64,000 bases of DNA from Octopus bimaculoides (taxonomy: Eukaryota), in the NCBI RefSeq assembly GCF_001194135.2, contig NC_068989.1, positions 42,278,774 to 42,342,773 on the forward strand. The letters are read 5' to 3'. The notes under the pieces were generated by a model, which saw only the letters and a program-made list of their open reading frames with translations, did not search any database and had not been told where the DNA came from. A program made the position numbers and the translations under genes. Positions 14,564-26,300 of this stretch are shown one piece after another (position 1 is the first letter of the stretch; each line of letters begins with the position of its first letter).

Positions 14564-17500
14564 GTATATTTATATATATAATAATACAAATGATATGTGA
14601 GCATATGCTTATATACATATATCTACATACCTACATCTACATGTATATATAGATACATATCCGGGTATAGGACATCAAAAAACGTGGACAAAAAAGGAAT
14701 GGGAACATAAATAAAGCACAAAAAAACGGACAACAGACTGAACACACAGGAAAACAGACGAGCCGCTTATGGAACTTTTCCTTCATCAGCTGCCTCTATT
14801 CTAAACTAATATAGATATATAAATAAATATTTTTTCTCCATTATTCCTCTTCTCTCTCATATCCTCTCACCATATGGACTTACCCCAGCCAAATGCTTTT
14901 GGTAATCGTTCTCTAGTTCTTCTCTGAGCTTCTTCTTTCTTTTGTCATATTCACCAAACTTAGAAAAAAAATCCACAGATTCAGTAGTGTTCTTGGTCAC
15001 TGGTTTTGGTGGTGGCTCAGGCTGTTGTGTTGTCTGTCTTTGACTGTTCAGCTAAACAAACAAACAAAAAACATTTTAATTCACCTCATTTATTTGATTT
15101 GATTAAACTGGGGTAGGCATGGTTGTGTGTTTGAGAAATTCATTTGGCATCTGCAAGATTTCAGGTCCGGTACCACTATACAACACTATGCAAGTATCTT
15201 CTATTATTGCCCTAGCCCAGCCAAATCTTTGTGAATATTTTTGGTAGATGGATAGTGAAAGAAGACCATTGTATGTATGTGTGTGTGTGTGTGTGTGTAT
15301 AACATCTCTCCTTCCCTACTTAATTTAACACTGGCATATTTATATGTATATTTGCAGCTGCAGTAACGCTTATATTTATAATGCTTACCTTGCTCTCACC
15401 CCCAGTAGGGGCAACAATTTTAACATGTTTGAATGATGATAGGTTAAAAGCGAGAACAATTGTTGTGACATGTTTGTTATCAAACGATCACAGAAACCTT
15501 CTTTCCAGGTGCTGAATAACAACTCTCCTTTCCATGTTCCCTCCCACATCCCTTTTCCAGTTTTCAGAGTTGGCACAGTAAATGTAGGGACATTGAAATG
15601 TAGGTCTAACGAGATTGTAGAGATGCTTGAACAGAGGCGTGTTGATGTGTGTTGCATCCAAGAGGTAAGGTGGAGAGGAGCTTCAGCCAGGTTCCTCACA
15701 GTTAAGACACATAGGTATAAAATCTTCTGGGAAGGTAACAGTGATGAAGTAGGTGGTGTGGGCATACTTCTTGCAGAGAAATGGGTGGATTAGGTCATAG
15801 AGGTAGTCAGAGTGTGCAATAAAGTGATTAAGCTCAGGCTAGTCTTGCAGAATAGTATAGCTACAATTATATCTGCTTACGTCCCACATGTAGGCCTACC
15901 AAATGAACAGAAGGACCACTTTTATGATATTCTTCTGTAGGCTACCTCAAAGATGAGTGACAATGATCTCATCTCTGTGGCTGGGGATTTCAACAGGCAT
16001 GTTGGACAGCAGTTTTATATCTTCTATGGTGTACATGGGGGCCATGGAATTGGTTCCTGAAACAATGAAGGAACAAGGCTACTGGAGTTCTGTGATGAAA
16101 ATAACCTATTGATCTGCAACATGAACTTCAGGAAACAAACTAACAACCTGATAACCTATCAATCAGGTAATTCTGCAAACCAGATCAATTTTCCCATTTC
16201 TGGTAAGGCAACTTCAGGAGAAATACCTAGCCAAAGATAAATTTAAACTTCTGTACTTGGCTTTTGTTGACTTGGAGAAGACTTTTGACAGGGTCCCCTG
16301 ATCCCTTATCTGGTGGTCATGTGGAAAGTAGAGATAGACAAGTGGTTGGTGAGAGCCATACAAGCCTTGTACAGGGACACTGCCAGTAAGGTGAGGGTGG
16401 GCAGTGAGTACAGTGAAAAATTCAGGGTACAAGAAGGGTTCACCAAGGATTGGTGTCCAGCTCCCTTTTGTTCATCACAGTCCTCCAGGCAATAACAGAG
16501 AAATTCAAGATAGGCTGCTCCTGGGAGCGCCTCTATGCTGATGTCTGTGTGAACAGCTATGTTGCATGGCAGTGAAACATAGGCTTTCACAGCAGAGGAC
16601 ATGCGTAGGCTTGAAAGAAATGAAGCCAGTATGCTTCACTGGATGTGCAATGTCAGTGTGAATGTTTGATAGAGTGTAAGCATCTTGAGAGATGAATCAC
16701 ATGTGGTGTGCAAGAGAGACGACTGCGCTGGTATGGTCATGTGATGTGTATGGACGAGGATAGCTGTGTAAAGAAGTGCCGATCTATAATTGTGGAAGGA
16801 ACCTGTGGTAGAAGTAGACCCAGGAAGACATGGGATGAGATGGTGAAGTATGATCTTCAAACTTTGAACCTCACAGAGGCAATGGCTGGTGGCTGAGACT
16901 TGGTGATGTGCTGTGCTTGAGAGGACCCGTAAAGCCAAGTGCACCCATGCTGGTGGCACGTAAAGAACATCTTTTGAATGTTGCACCTCATAAAAAAATC
17001 CTTCAAGATAAAAATATATGAGTGTGTGTGTGCATGTGTATGTGTACATGTGCACATGCAAAATCTGCCTCAACAAATTCAATCTGATCCAAGCAAACAT
17101 GGAAAAGTGGACTTAAAATGATGATGATGATAATGATGAAACTTTTACCTTCTCTCCTGCAGACACTGACATGGCCCTCAGCTCATTTAGCTGTCGTTCC
17201 AAGCGTCCAATGTTCAATTCCTGCCGGGAGAGGTTCTTCCTTGCAGGGGATTCCAGTTGTGGAATTGTCATTTCATTCTCCTTAAATTTGCAATCACAAA
17301 CAAATAATTGATTAGTTAATTACAATTTATCAACATTATGTTTGGTTGAAAAATATTTGAATATCATTGGCATAGTAAGTTAATCAACTAAAATGTTTAT
17401 CAAAGGATACAGGTTCAAATTCAAGCATGCTTCTTCTGAGATTTACTCTTTTTAAATCTCTGTTGTTGTGCTAGGTTAACCCCAGACAGCCCTAAGTGCA

Positions 17501-20464
17501 TAGACCAATGACCAACCTACCTTTCCATATATTTTGGATGGTGCCTATCAACTTCTTTGATTTCATAGTGGCCCAGAAGATAAAATAAAAAAATTACTGG
17601 CACACATTGTATGGAATGTATTTTAAAAAGTCATATTTTAAAGGTAAAAATACAAACAGATATTACATCTTCCTTATATTAAGGGTAAAGACCCCCTTTT
17701 GTCATGAGTGACCATGGGATTGCACCTAGAAAGTTACCCTCCAAGGTACAAGTCCAGGCAAGATTGTTTTTGTGGAAGACCAGCAGTCGCCCACGCATAC
17801 CAGCCTCCCCTCTCCATGTCACCATTGTTATCCAAAGAAAAGGCAATGGCTGCTACAGTGTAGCACCAGTGATGTTACAACTCATTTTTACAGCTGAGTG
17901 AACTGGAACAATGTGAAATAAAGTATGTTGCTCCACAACACAACACACAGCCTGGTCTGGAAATTAAATCCACTACCTCATGACTCTGAGCCTGACATTC
18001 TAACCACTGATCCACACACCTTCACGTTGTTGTTGGCATCCTTTTGTCTTGGGAGACAATGCAGTTGCGCATAAACTAATCCAGTCTGGTTTTTACATTT
18101 CATGTCCTTTCCAGTTTCCTCTCCAGTTTTGCACAGGCCTGGGCTAGATGTAAGAAAATCCTGGGTAGCCCAATTGTCAGGATTCCTCTCTCAACCTTGG
18201 TGACATAGTCCAAAGGAGTGTAGAGCATTACGTTTGGCACCAGCTTGGTTGCAGGAGCTGCAGGAAGAATGTCGAATCGAACACTAAACTGCCTACGGGG
18301 CTCCACTCCGGATTTCTTTGAAAGTTGTCTCCTTTCTGTAACCCTGGATAGGGGCCCATATCGAGTACTGTCAGCTGGAGCCAACTGAGCCCGGGACTTG
18401 TGTCAGACAGGGTCGTCACTCCCTGAAGTCGTGAAGAAAATCATTACCCACTACCTTCATGTTCTATTAATTATATAAATATAATGGTGCAGTGATGACT
18501 AAGTGGTCAAGAAGCTTGCTTTGCAGTGAAATGGCTTCAGGTTCAGTCCAACTGCACAGTACCTTGAGCAAGTGTCTTTTACTATAGCCTCATGTCTACC
18601 AATGCCTTGTGAGTGAATTTGGGAGATGGAAAACTGTGAGGAAGCCTGTTATGTGTGTGTGTGTGTGCTTGTCCCCCCACCACCACCACCACTTGACAGT
18701 TTGTTCAGGCTCAGTCATCTAGCAGTTCAGCAAAAGAGATCAATAGAATAGGTACCCACCTTATAAAAACTACTGGGGTCAATTAGTTCAACTAAAATTT
18801 CAAGGCCCAATGAATGAAACAAGTGAAATATAACATTGTAGCAAAGATACATGGTTACCTCTGACATAATGTGGATTAGCCATGGATTTCCACAACAGCA
18901 AGATATCAGTGTCTGTCCCTCTACCTTTAGCCTCTCAACACCTGGTTTAAAGGCTTATTCCTCTCTATAACACACCCCTCAGTATCAGGGGCATTTTCTC
19001 TGTCTTGTGAGTTACTCTATGACCTCACTGGTATTGGTGACATGAAAAAGTAAACTCTGTAGAATGGTTGGTGTTAGGAAAAGCATCCAGCCACAGAACC
19101 CATACCAAATCATGGATCCTGTTGAACTGTCTCATGTATACTTGTATTGAAGACCCGATGATGATGACTTGTATCTCTTATCTTTTACTTTTTAAAGGCT
19201 GATACTTATTCTATCAGTTCCTTTTGCTGAACTGCTAAGTTACAGGGATGTAAACCCACAAACACCAGTTGTCAAGTGGTGATGGTGGAAAATCACAGAC
19301 ATGAAGACATACAATGTGAAATAAAGTGTGTTGCTCAAGAACACACACACACACACACACAGCCTGGTCTAGGAATTGAAATAAAGTGTGTTGCTCACAC
19401 ACACACACACACACACATACATACATACATATATATAACGGGCTTCTTTCCATTTCCATCTACCAAATCCACTCACAAAGCTTTGGTCAGCCCAAGGCTA
19501 TAGTAGAAGACACTTGCCCAAGGTTCCACACAGTGGGACTGAACCTGGAACCATGTGGTTGGGAAGCAAACTTCTGACCACACAGCCATGCCTGTACCTA
19601 GCAAATTTTTAGGATAACATGTTTTTTCAAGATGCTCAAGATTTAGTATAGATGTTCTAAAGCAATACGTTACATTTTTAAAAAGCCTTACAACACAATG
19701 GTGTACCATGGCACATCGTTTATCTTCTTTGATACCAATTTACCTGAGACCACCCTTGGTTCTACAATACAAACTTCTTATTTTAAAGGGATTGAACTTA
19801 AAGCTTTTACATCAAAATTTCATGCTAATCTGTGTTCCAAAACACCAGTTTGATAATGAGAAAGCTATTTTTTACTAAATTCTTTATTATTTTCAATATT
19901 AAATGAAACAAAAGCAGTATGGTGACAAAACAGTTAAGAATCACTTAACTGAAATCCTGATACTACATTGTCTAATATATACTTATTTCTTTTATTATTA
20001 AAGAGTGGAGGGAATTTGGCTGTTATTTCTAACATATTGAGTATCTGGGTAAAGGGTATATCATTGCATTGGTGTTTAAAGCTTAGTCATTCTTTGTTAA
20101 CTTGTGATTATAGTCATAACACTTTATCTTCTGCTTTCTCTTAGACAAACAGTAACTGTCCACTTTTCATGTCAACCTACCTTACTGACCTCCAAGAACT
20201 CTGCCCTATTAGCTAATAATTGTCAATGATATCTTTCAGAAGTGTCCTTAGATTCCAGATCTTTACTCAATCACTTTTTGTTTTTCAAATATGAAACTTT
20301 GCCTCCACGTGTCTAAATACAGCAGAGAAAGATATATATTTAACATTTTAACTGAAAAATTAAATTTCTTGATTATTCCAGTAATTATACTAAATGGTTA
20401 CTGAAAAATAGAATTGGTATTTTCTGCAAGTCACAGGGTCTCAATAAATTTGACATATCTCAAC

Positions 20465-20498
<34 letters not shown>

Positions 20499-22051
20499 AA
20501 ACATGACATTCCTCAACAAATGGCAGACTAGTATATAAAACTGCTTTCTACAGTTAAGGGTAATAACATTTTGAGCAGATATATATGATTTCAACATTAA
20601 AAGGCTTAAGAGTTAAAATTATCAGTTGGGCACATTCCCCATCACTAACCCATGCAAACATTCAGTGAAAATTACAGAGAAGTTCTTAAATTTGGATAAG
20701 TTTGAATATTCTGGGGGAGATAAAGAATTTGATATTTTAGGACTATCTAAGAATGAAAGAAAGAAATAAAGAGGAACAAAATTTTAAATCATGGCTGTCT
20801 CTCAGAGAAAAGACAATCATGCAACATTAGATTCCACATCTCCCCATGGTATACAAACTTACCAAAACTTATTAACTAATTTGGTCATAAATTATTTGCT
20901 AACTTTGTGAATCATGAAACATGCATTTTCAGAATAAGCTCATGTGATGGGAGGTGGGAATGACTAATGATGTCATCTACTTTGCAGTTATGTAATCAGG
21001 AAATAATTATAATTCACTTCAACATTTGTCCTTGTTTGTTTAACAAGATACCAGAGATTGAAATAGAAAGTTATTCTAATTGAAGTTGAAAGGAAACTAA
21101 TAATAAACATGTAAGCCAGAGCAATGATTGTCTTAAAATTGTTGTAGTTTAGAACCAAGGGTGGTAAATCTATGGCAGAATTACCCAATGATACACATGG
21201 GAACATTTTATATAAAATTAAAAAGAATTATTGTTATTATTAATAACAACAATAATAATAATAATGGTTTCAAATTTTGCCACAAGGGCAGCAATTTTTA
21301 GGGAGAGGACTAGTTGATTACATCGACTCCAGTGTTTAACTGGTACTTATATTATCAACCCTGAAAGGATGAAAGGCAAAGGTGACCTTGGTGGAATTTG
21401 AACTGAGAACTGAGAATACCACTAAGCAGTTTGTTCAGTGTGCTAACAGTTCAGCCAGCTTACTGCCTTAACAATAATAATAATCTACTATAATAATACT
21501 CATGTGTTTTTCTCCATCATAACATATGAATGAGAAAGGAAGGAAGAGGTGATAGATAAATAAGGAAGGAAAGAGTGATGGCAAACTGGTAGTGAGAGCG
21601 TTTCAACTCTGTGAGTATGTATGTGTGTGTATGTAAAAGGGAGGAATGTGTGTGTGTGTGTGTGTGCAATGGAGGTGGGATGGTGAACATTCAATGCTGA
21701 AAAGAAAAAATCAAACAGTGTTTCAACTCTGCGTGAGTATGTGTGTGTACATGTACAAGGGAAGTATGTGAAGGCTTGTATGAGTGAACTAACGTTCTTT
21801 CAGTAACAAACACTGATCAATGTTACATCTCAAGAGACAACAACTAGATAACATTGACAAGTGTATTAATTTACCATCCATATTTATAGAAAAAATACAA
21901 CAATTAGCTGCCATTTTTTGACAGCACGGGGCCAGCTAGTAATAATAATAATAATAATAATCCTTTCTAATATAGGCACAAGGCCTGAAATTCTTGTGCA
22001 TGTCCTCTTGTTGTTTGTTACTGTTAATATTATTATTTGTTTATTTGAATC

Positions 22052-22088
<37 letters not shown>

Positions 22089-23281
22089 TTCTTTATTTAT
22101 GGGTTAGAGCTATGATTGGTTTCATGTTAAAAGAGAAATCCCTAAACAATAATCACATGGAACATCAGTGCTCATCTCCATTCAAAATGTAGATGGTACT
22201 GGTGCCACCTGAAAAGAACTCAGTCTACTTTGTAAGGTAGTTAGTGTTAGGAAGGGGCATCCAGCCATAAAAACCATACCAAAACAGACAGTGAAGCCCA
22301 GTACAGTCTTCTGCTTAGCCAACTTCTGTTAAACTCTCCAACCTATGCCTGCATGGAAAACGAATGTTAAATGATGATGACACACACACACTTTAGTTTG
22401 TCTCAATGTTGTGTAGTACCCTTTAGTCAGTAAGGAGTAAGACTAGTACATTAACACTTTAGCATTTAAACCAGTCATATCCAACTCAAATATTCTATCT
22501 ATTTAATGTTCAAACTGGCCAGATCCAGCTTCTCACACTTATCTTACATTGTCATTCAAAAATAAACAACCACATCATCAAAATCTCGAAGCTATGAGAT
22601 AATGCATGATTAATTCAAAACAATGTGAATAAACAAGCATAGAGTAATCTGAATGCTAAAGCATTAAACTCAGTTAGGTGTACAACTAGAACCCTAAACT
22701 CAAACATCTTTCATTACTGAGGTGGAGGTCTGGTGCCTTAAACCCAGTTAGGTGTATAACTAAAACCTTAAACTCAAACAACTTTTTGTTTCTACAGTGT
22801 AGGACTGGTATCCTAAATTGAGTTAGGTGCAACTAATACCCTAAACTCATAAACAAATTCTAAATAGCTTTCAACATACTCCTTCTTGACAGTTGAAGAT
22901 CAATATGTTTAAAAAAAAAATTTTTTTTAATAAAAGAAAGGAAGGCAATGGAATTTCCCAAATGCTAAAAAGATTGATTGCATTCCTGAAACTGTTCCTA
23001 ATTACTGAGGATTAAGAAATGACTAATTAGTTTCCAATATGCTGATTAACTGCATAAAATGATGACAAATGATATACAAATGAAACTGATAAAATGGATC
23101 TCTGAATTAGCAACATGAATGCAAGATTATAAAAATTGGTCTCCATCAAAATTGTAAACCAACAAGAGAAGGTATTAGCAAGTCAATTAACCTCTGCAGT
23201 TTAATAAGTCAAAATCTGTAGGAATTAAACTCAGTTAGGCAGGCAATGTTTTCCACACATTATTTTCCAGTTTAGAAAGAA

Positions 23282-23324
<43 letters not shown>

Positions 23325-26300
23325 AAACCACTTTAAAGATTTATATAATCCATCTGTTGCAACTGATGTTTAATGCTTATATTAGCAAAACTTAAAGGAA
23401 AAGAAAAAAAGATTACTTCAAAATATTTCTGATTTTACAAAATGCTTGCAGCAAGCACATATGCATGAGATCCTGAAGAACGTGGGAGATTTCACCATCA
23501 TCATCGCCATTTAATGCCCGTTTTCCATGTTGGCATGGGTTGAACGGTTTGATGGAAGCTGACCAACTGAAGGGCTGTTCAGACTCCATGTCTGTTTTAG
23601 CATGATTTCTTTGGCTGGATGCCATTCTTAATGCCATCCACTTTACAGAGTGTACTGGGTGCTTTTATGCAGCACCGCTATGGGTACTTTTTATGTGGCA
23701 CCAGTATTTACGAGCCTGCAAGATTAATGATGCTCAGCTGAAGAGGGTTGCAAGGGACACGCTTGTATGCAAGGGCAACCAAGTTTTTACTTAGCTTGAT
23801 GTGTCTTTTCAAGCACAGCAAACTGCCAGGCATCTTGGTCTCCTGTTATCTCCTCTGTAAGTCCCAATGTTTGTAGATCGTTTCTCGCCACTTTAAGATT
23901 GTGATTCTTGGCTTGAGAGTTCAAAACTTTGTAATGTCAGTTTGTACCTAATTATGTAATTACTTTAGATAATTGAATATGATATTGCTCAAAGAGAGCA
24001 GGCCAAAATCACAAGGAAAGGAAGGGTTATAATATAACCCTATTGTCACTATATTTTTGTTGAATTACACTGTTTTTGTTTCAATTAATTTTGAAAATAA
24101 TGAAGAATTTAATGAAACAACTTTATAATTATTATGCTGGTGTTTGGGACGTAATATGGAATGTGTGTGTGTGAGTGGATCTGGTAGACGGAACTGAGAT
24201 AACTTAGATTGGTCTAGGCCATGTCTAAATTAATAGCACCACCTGATAGGATTAGCTAAATCCTTTTTAAGTAAAGTTTTGTAGTATCATGGTCCATTCA
24301 AGTAGGGAGTTCTTGTTGAGTGAGTTATATCCAGGTATAGGTGGATTATCAGGTATTCCTTGAAGAAATTTCTCTACATTCCATTTAAAGGTGATGGGAT
24401 CCTTTTCCTCTTTAATCTGTTTCAGGGCAATGTTAAAAAAAAGGGTCTGTTGAGGAAAAGAAATCGTGTTGCAGTGTATTTATGTGTTGTGATCCTGAAT
24501 TGAGTAGAGGACATATCGCCTATGGTTCTAGCCTTGGATGAATTTTGAAGCTAATGTTGAGGTTGTTTGGGCAATGCTGGTGGTGTATTCTCCACATTGT
24601 GAAAATGCTGTATCACTCACAGCGATGCTAATGCTTTAAGGCGTTCCAATAATCGAGATCAGTCATGCCCTTAATTCTTTTAGTGAATGCCTTCTGGGGC
24701 AATTAAAGTTTCAAAAGGTTTTGTTTTGTATGGGGAGACCACAGGGGGCAGCAGTATTTGAGGTGTGGCCATACAAAGGAGGAGAAAAGAGGAATGATGA
24801 CACCTAGTTTTCTAGACTGGAAGGTTCTTAGGATCCAGGAACTCATCTTACGAGCTATATCGACCTTATTGTTGATGTGGGCACTCCAGCTTAGATTGTT
24901 GTCAACAATTACTCCTAGGTTTCTGATATTATTGCAGTGTGTAGTTCCCCTGAAGGAAGAGAGTATGGCTATTTTAGAATAGTCTTTCTTCCAAAATTAA
25001 TCAGCTCCAATTTTCCCTCATTTGGTTGCATTTTGTTTGGTTGCATTTTGCCCATTGACTCACAGCATGTAGATCAGACTGGAGTTCAGCTTGGTTTTCT
25101 TCTTCATTGATAATTTTCTGGAGCTTAGAGTCATCAGCAAATATTTTCACTTTGCTGTGCTTTATGATGCTGGAAAGATTGTTTACATAGACTATAAAGA
25201 GAAGCAGGCCAAAGACAATCCCCTGCTGGACATCACTGGTGACTTTTGCTGGGCTTGAGTGGATTCCATCGATCACAACATGTTGTGTTCTGTTCCCCAG
25301 GAAATACTTATATATATAAGTATGCAGATGTCTATGTGTGTGTGTGTGTCTGTGTTTGTTCCCCCACTACTAATTTACAACCAGTGTTAGTGTGTTTACA
25401 TCCTCGTAACTTAGTGGTTTAGCAAAATGAGACCAATAGAATAAGTACAAAGCTTAAGAAAAATAAGTCCTGGGGTGGAGTTGTTTGACTAAAACCCTTT
25501 AAGACAGTGCTCTAGCATGGCCACAGTCAAATGACTGAAACAAGTAAAAGATATACACACAGACACAAACATACATACACACACACACACACACATGCAA
25601 TGGGCTTTCTGTACTTTTCATCAATCAAATTCACTTACAAGGCATTAATCGATTTGGGCTATATTACAAGACACTTAGCCAAAGTGCCATGCAAAATCTT
25701 TGATATTTATTGTTTCTTTTATGGGACTTACAGAGTAGAATAATATTGATTTCAGATTTTGGCACAAGGCCAGCAATTTTGGGGAGGAAATAAGTCGATC
25801 ACATCGACCCCACTGTTTAACTGGGACTTATTTTATCAACCTCAAAGGGACGAAAGGTATAGTCAACCTCAACAGAATTTCAACTCAGAATGTAATGATG
25901 GACTAAATACTGCTAAGCATTTTGCCCAGCGTGCCAGTTTGCTGCCTTAACAAAGTACAATGATAATGGCATTTATAAACTATTATTTTCCCCTGATTGT
26001 CTTTTTAATACCATTATTTAAACACACTTCATACAATGCTTTCCTTTACTTCAATTTCTGTTTTCCTCTTATATTTCCTATTAATATTAAAACAATGCAC
26101 ACAGATAAGCATAAAGACTTTTCTTTTTGCCTGAACAAAAAACAAAAACAAAAAAAGACCCCCAAAACATCCATTATCATTGCTATTTATTCATCACTTC
26201 TACTTTATGTGAAATATTTATTATAAACAAAAACATAATTCCTAAAGCTGTCCCATTCAGACAATTCAGAAGTTATTNNNNNNNNNNNNNNNNNNNNNNN

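Noticed and set aside
15470-15793. Craniofacial development protein 2-like gene call
   Set aside because: This is the APE endonuclease of an RTE retrotransposon, a common mis-annotation.
20181-20312. Exon-like segment on minus with a good acceptor and AAG|GTAGGT donor
   Set aside because: Stops in all three frames. At most a poison or pseudo-exon, with no support from sequence alone.
21874-21936. Short open minus-strand segment LAPCCQKMAANCCIFSINMD with AG/GT borders
   Set aside because: Phase 0-1 would break the exon 2-3 frame, the acceptor is only a (TAT)n repeat, and there is no similarity to CSPP1.
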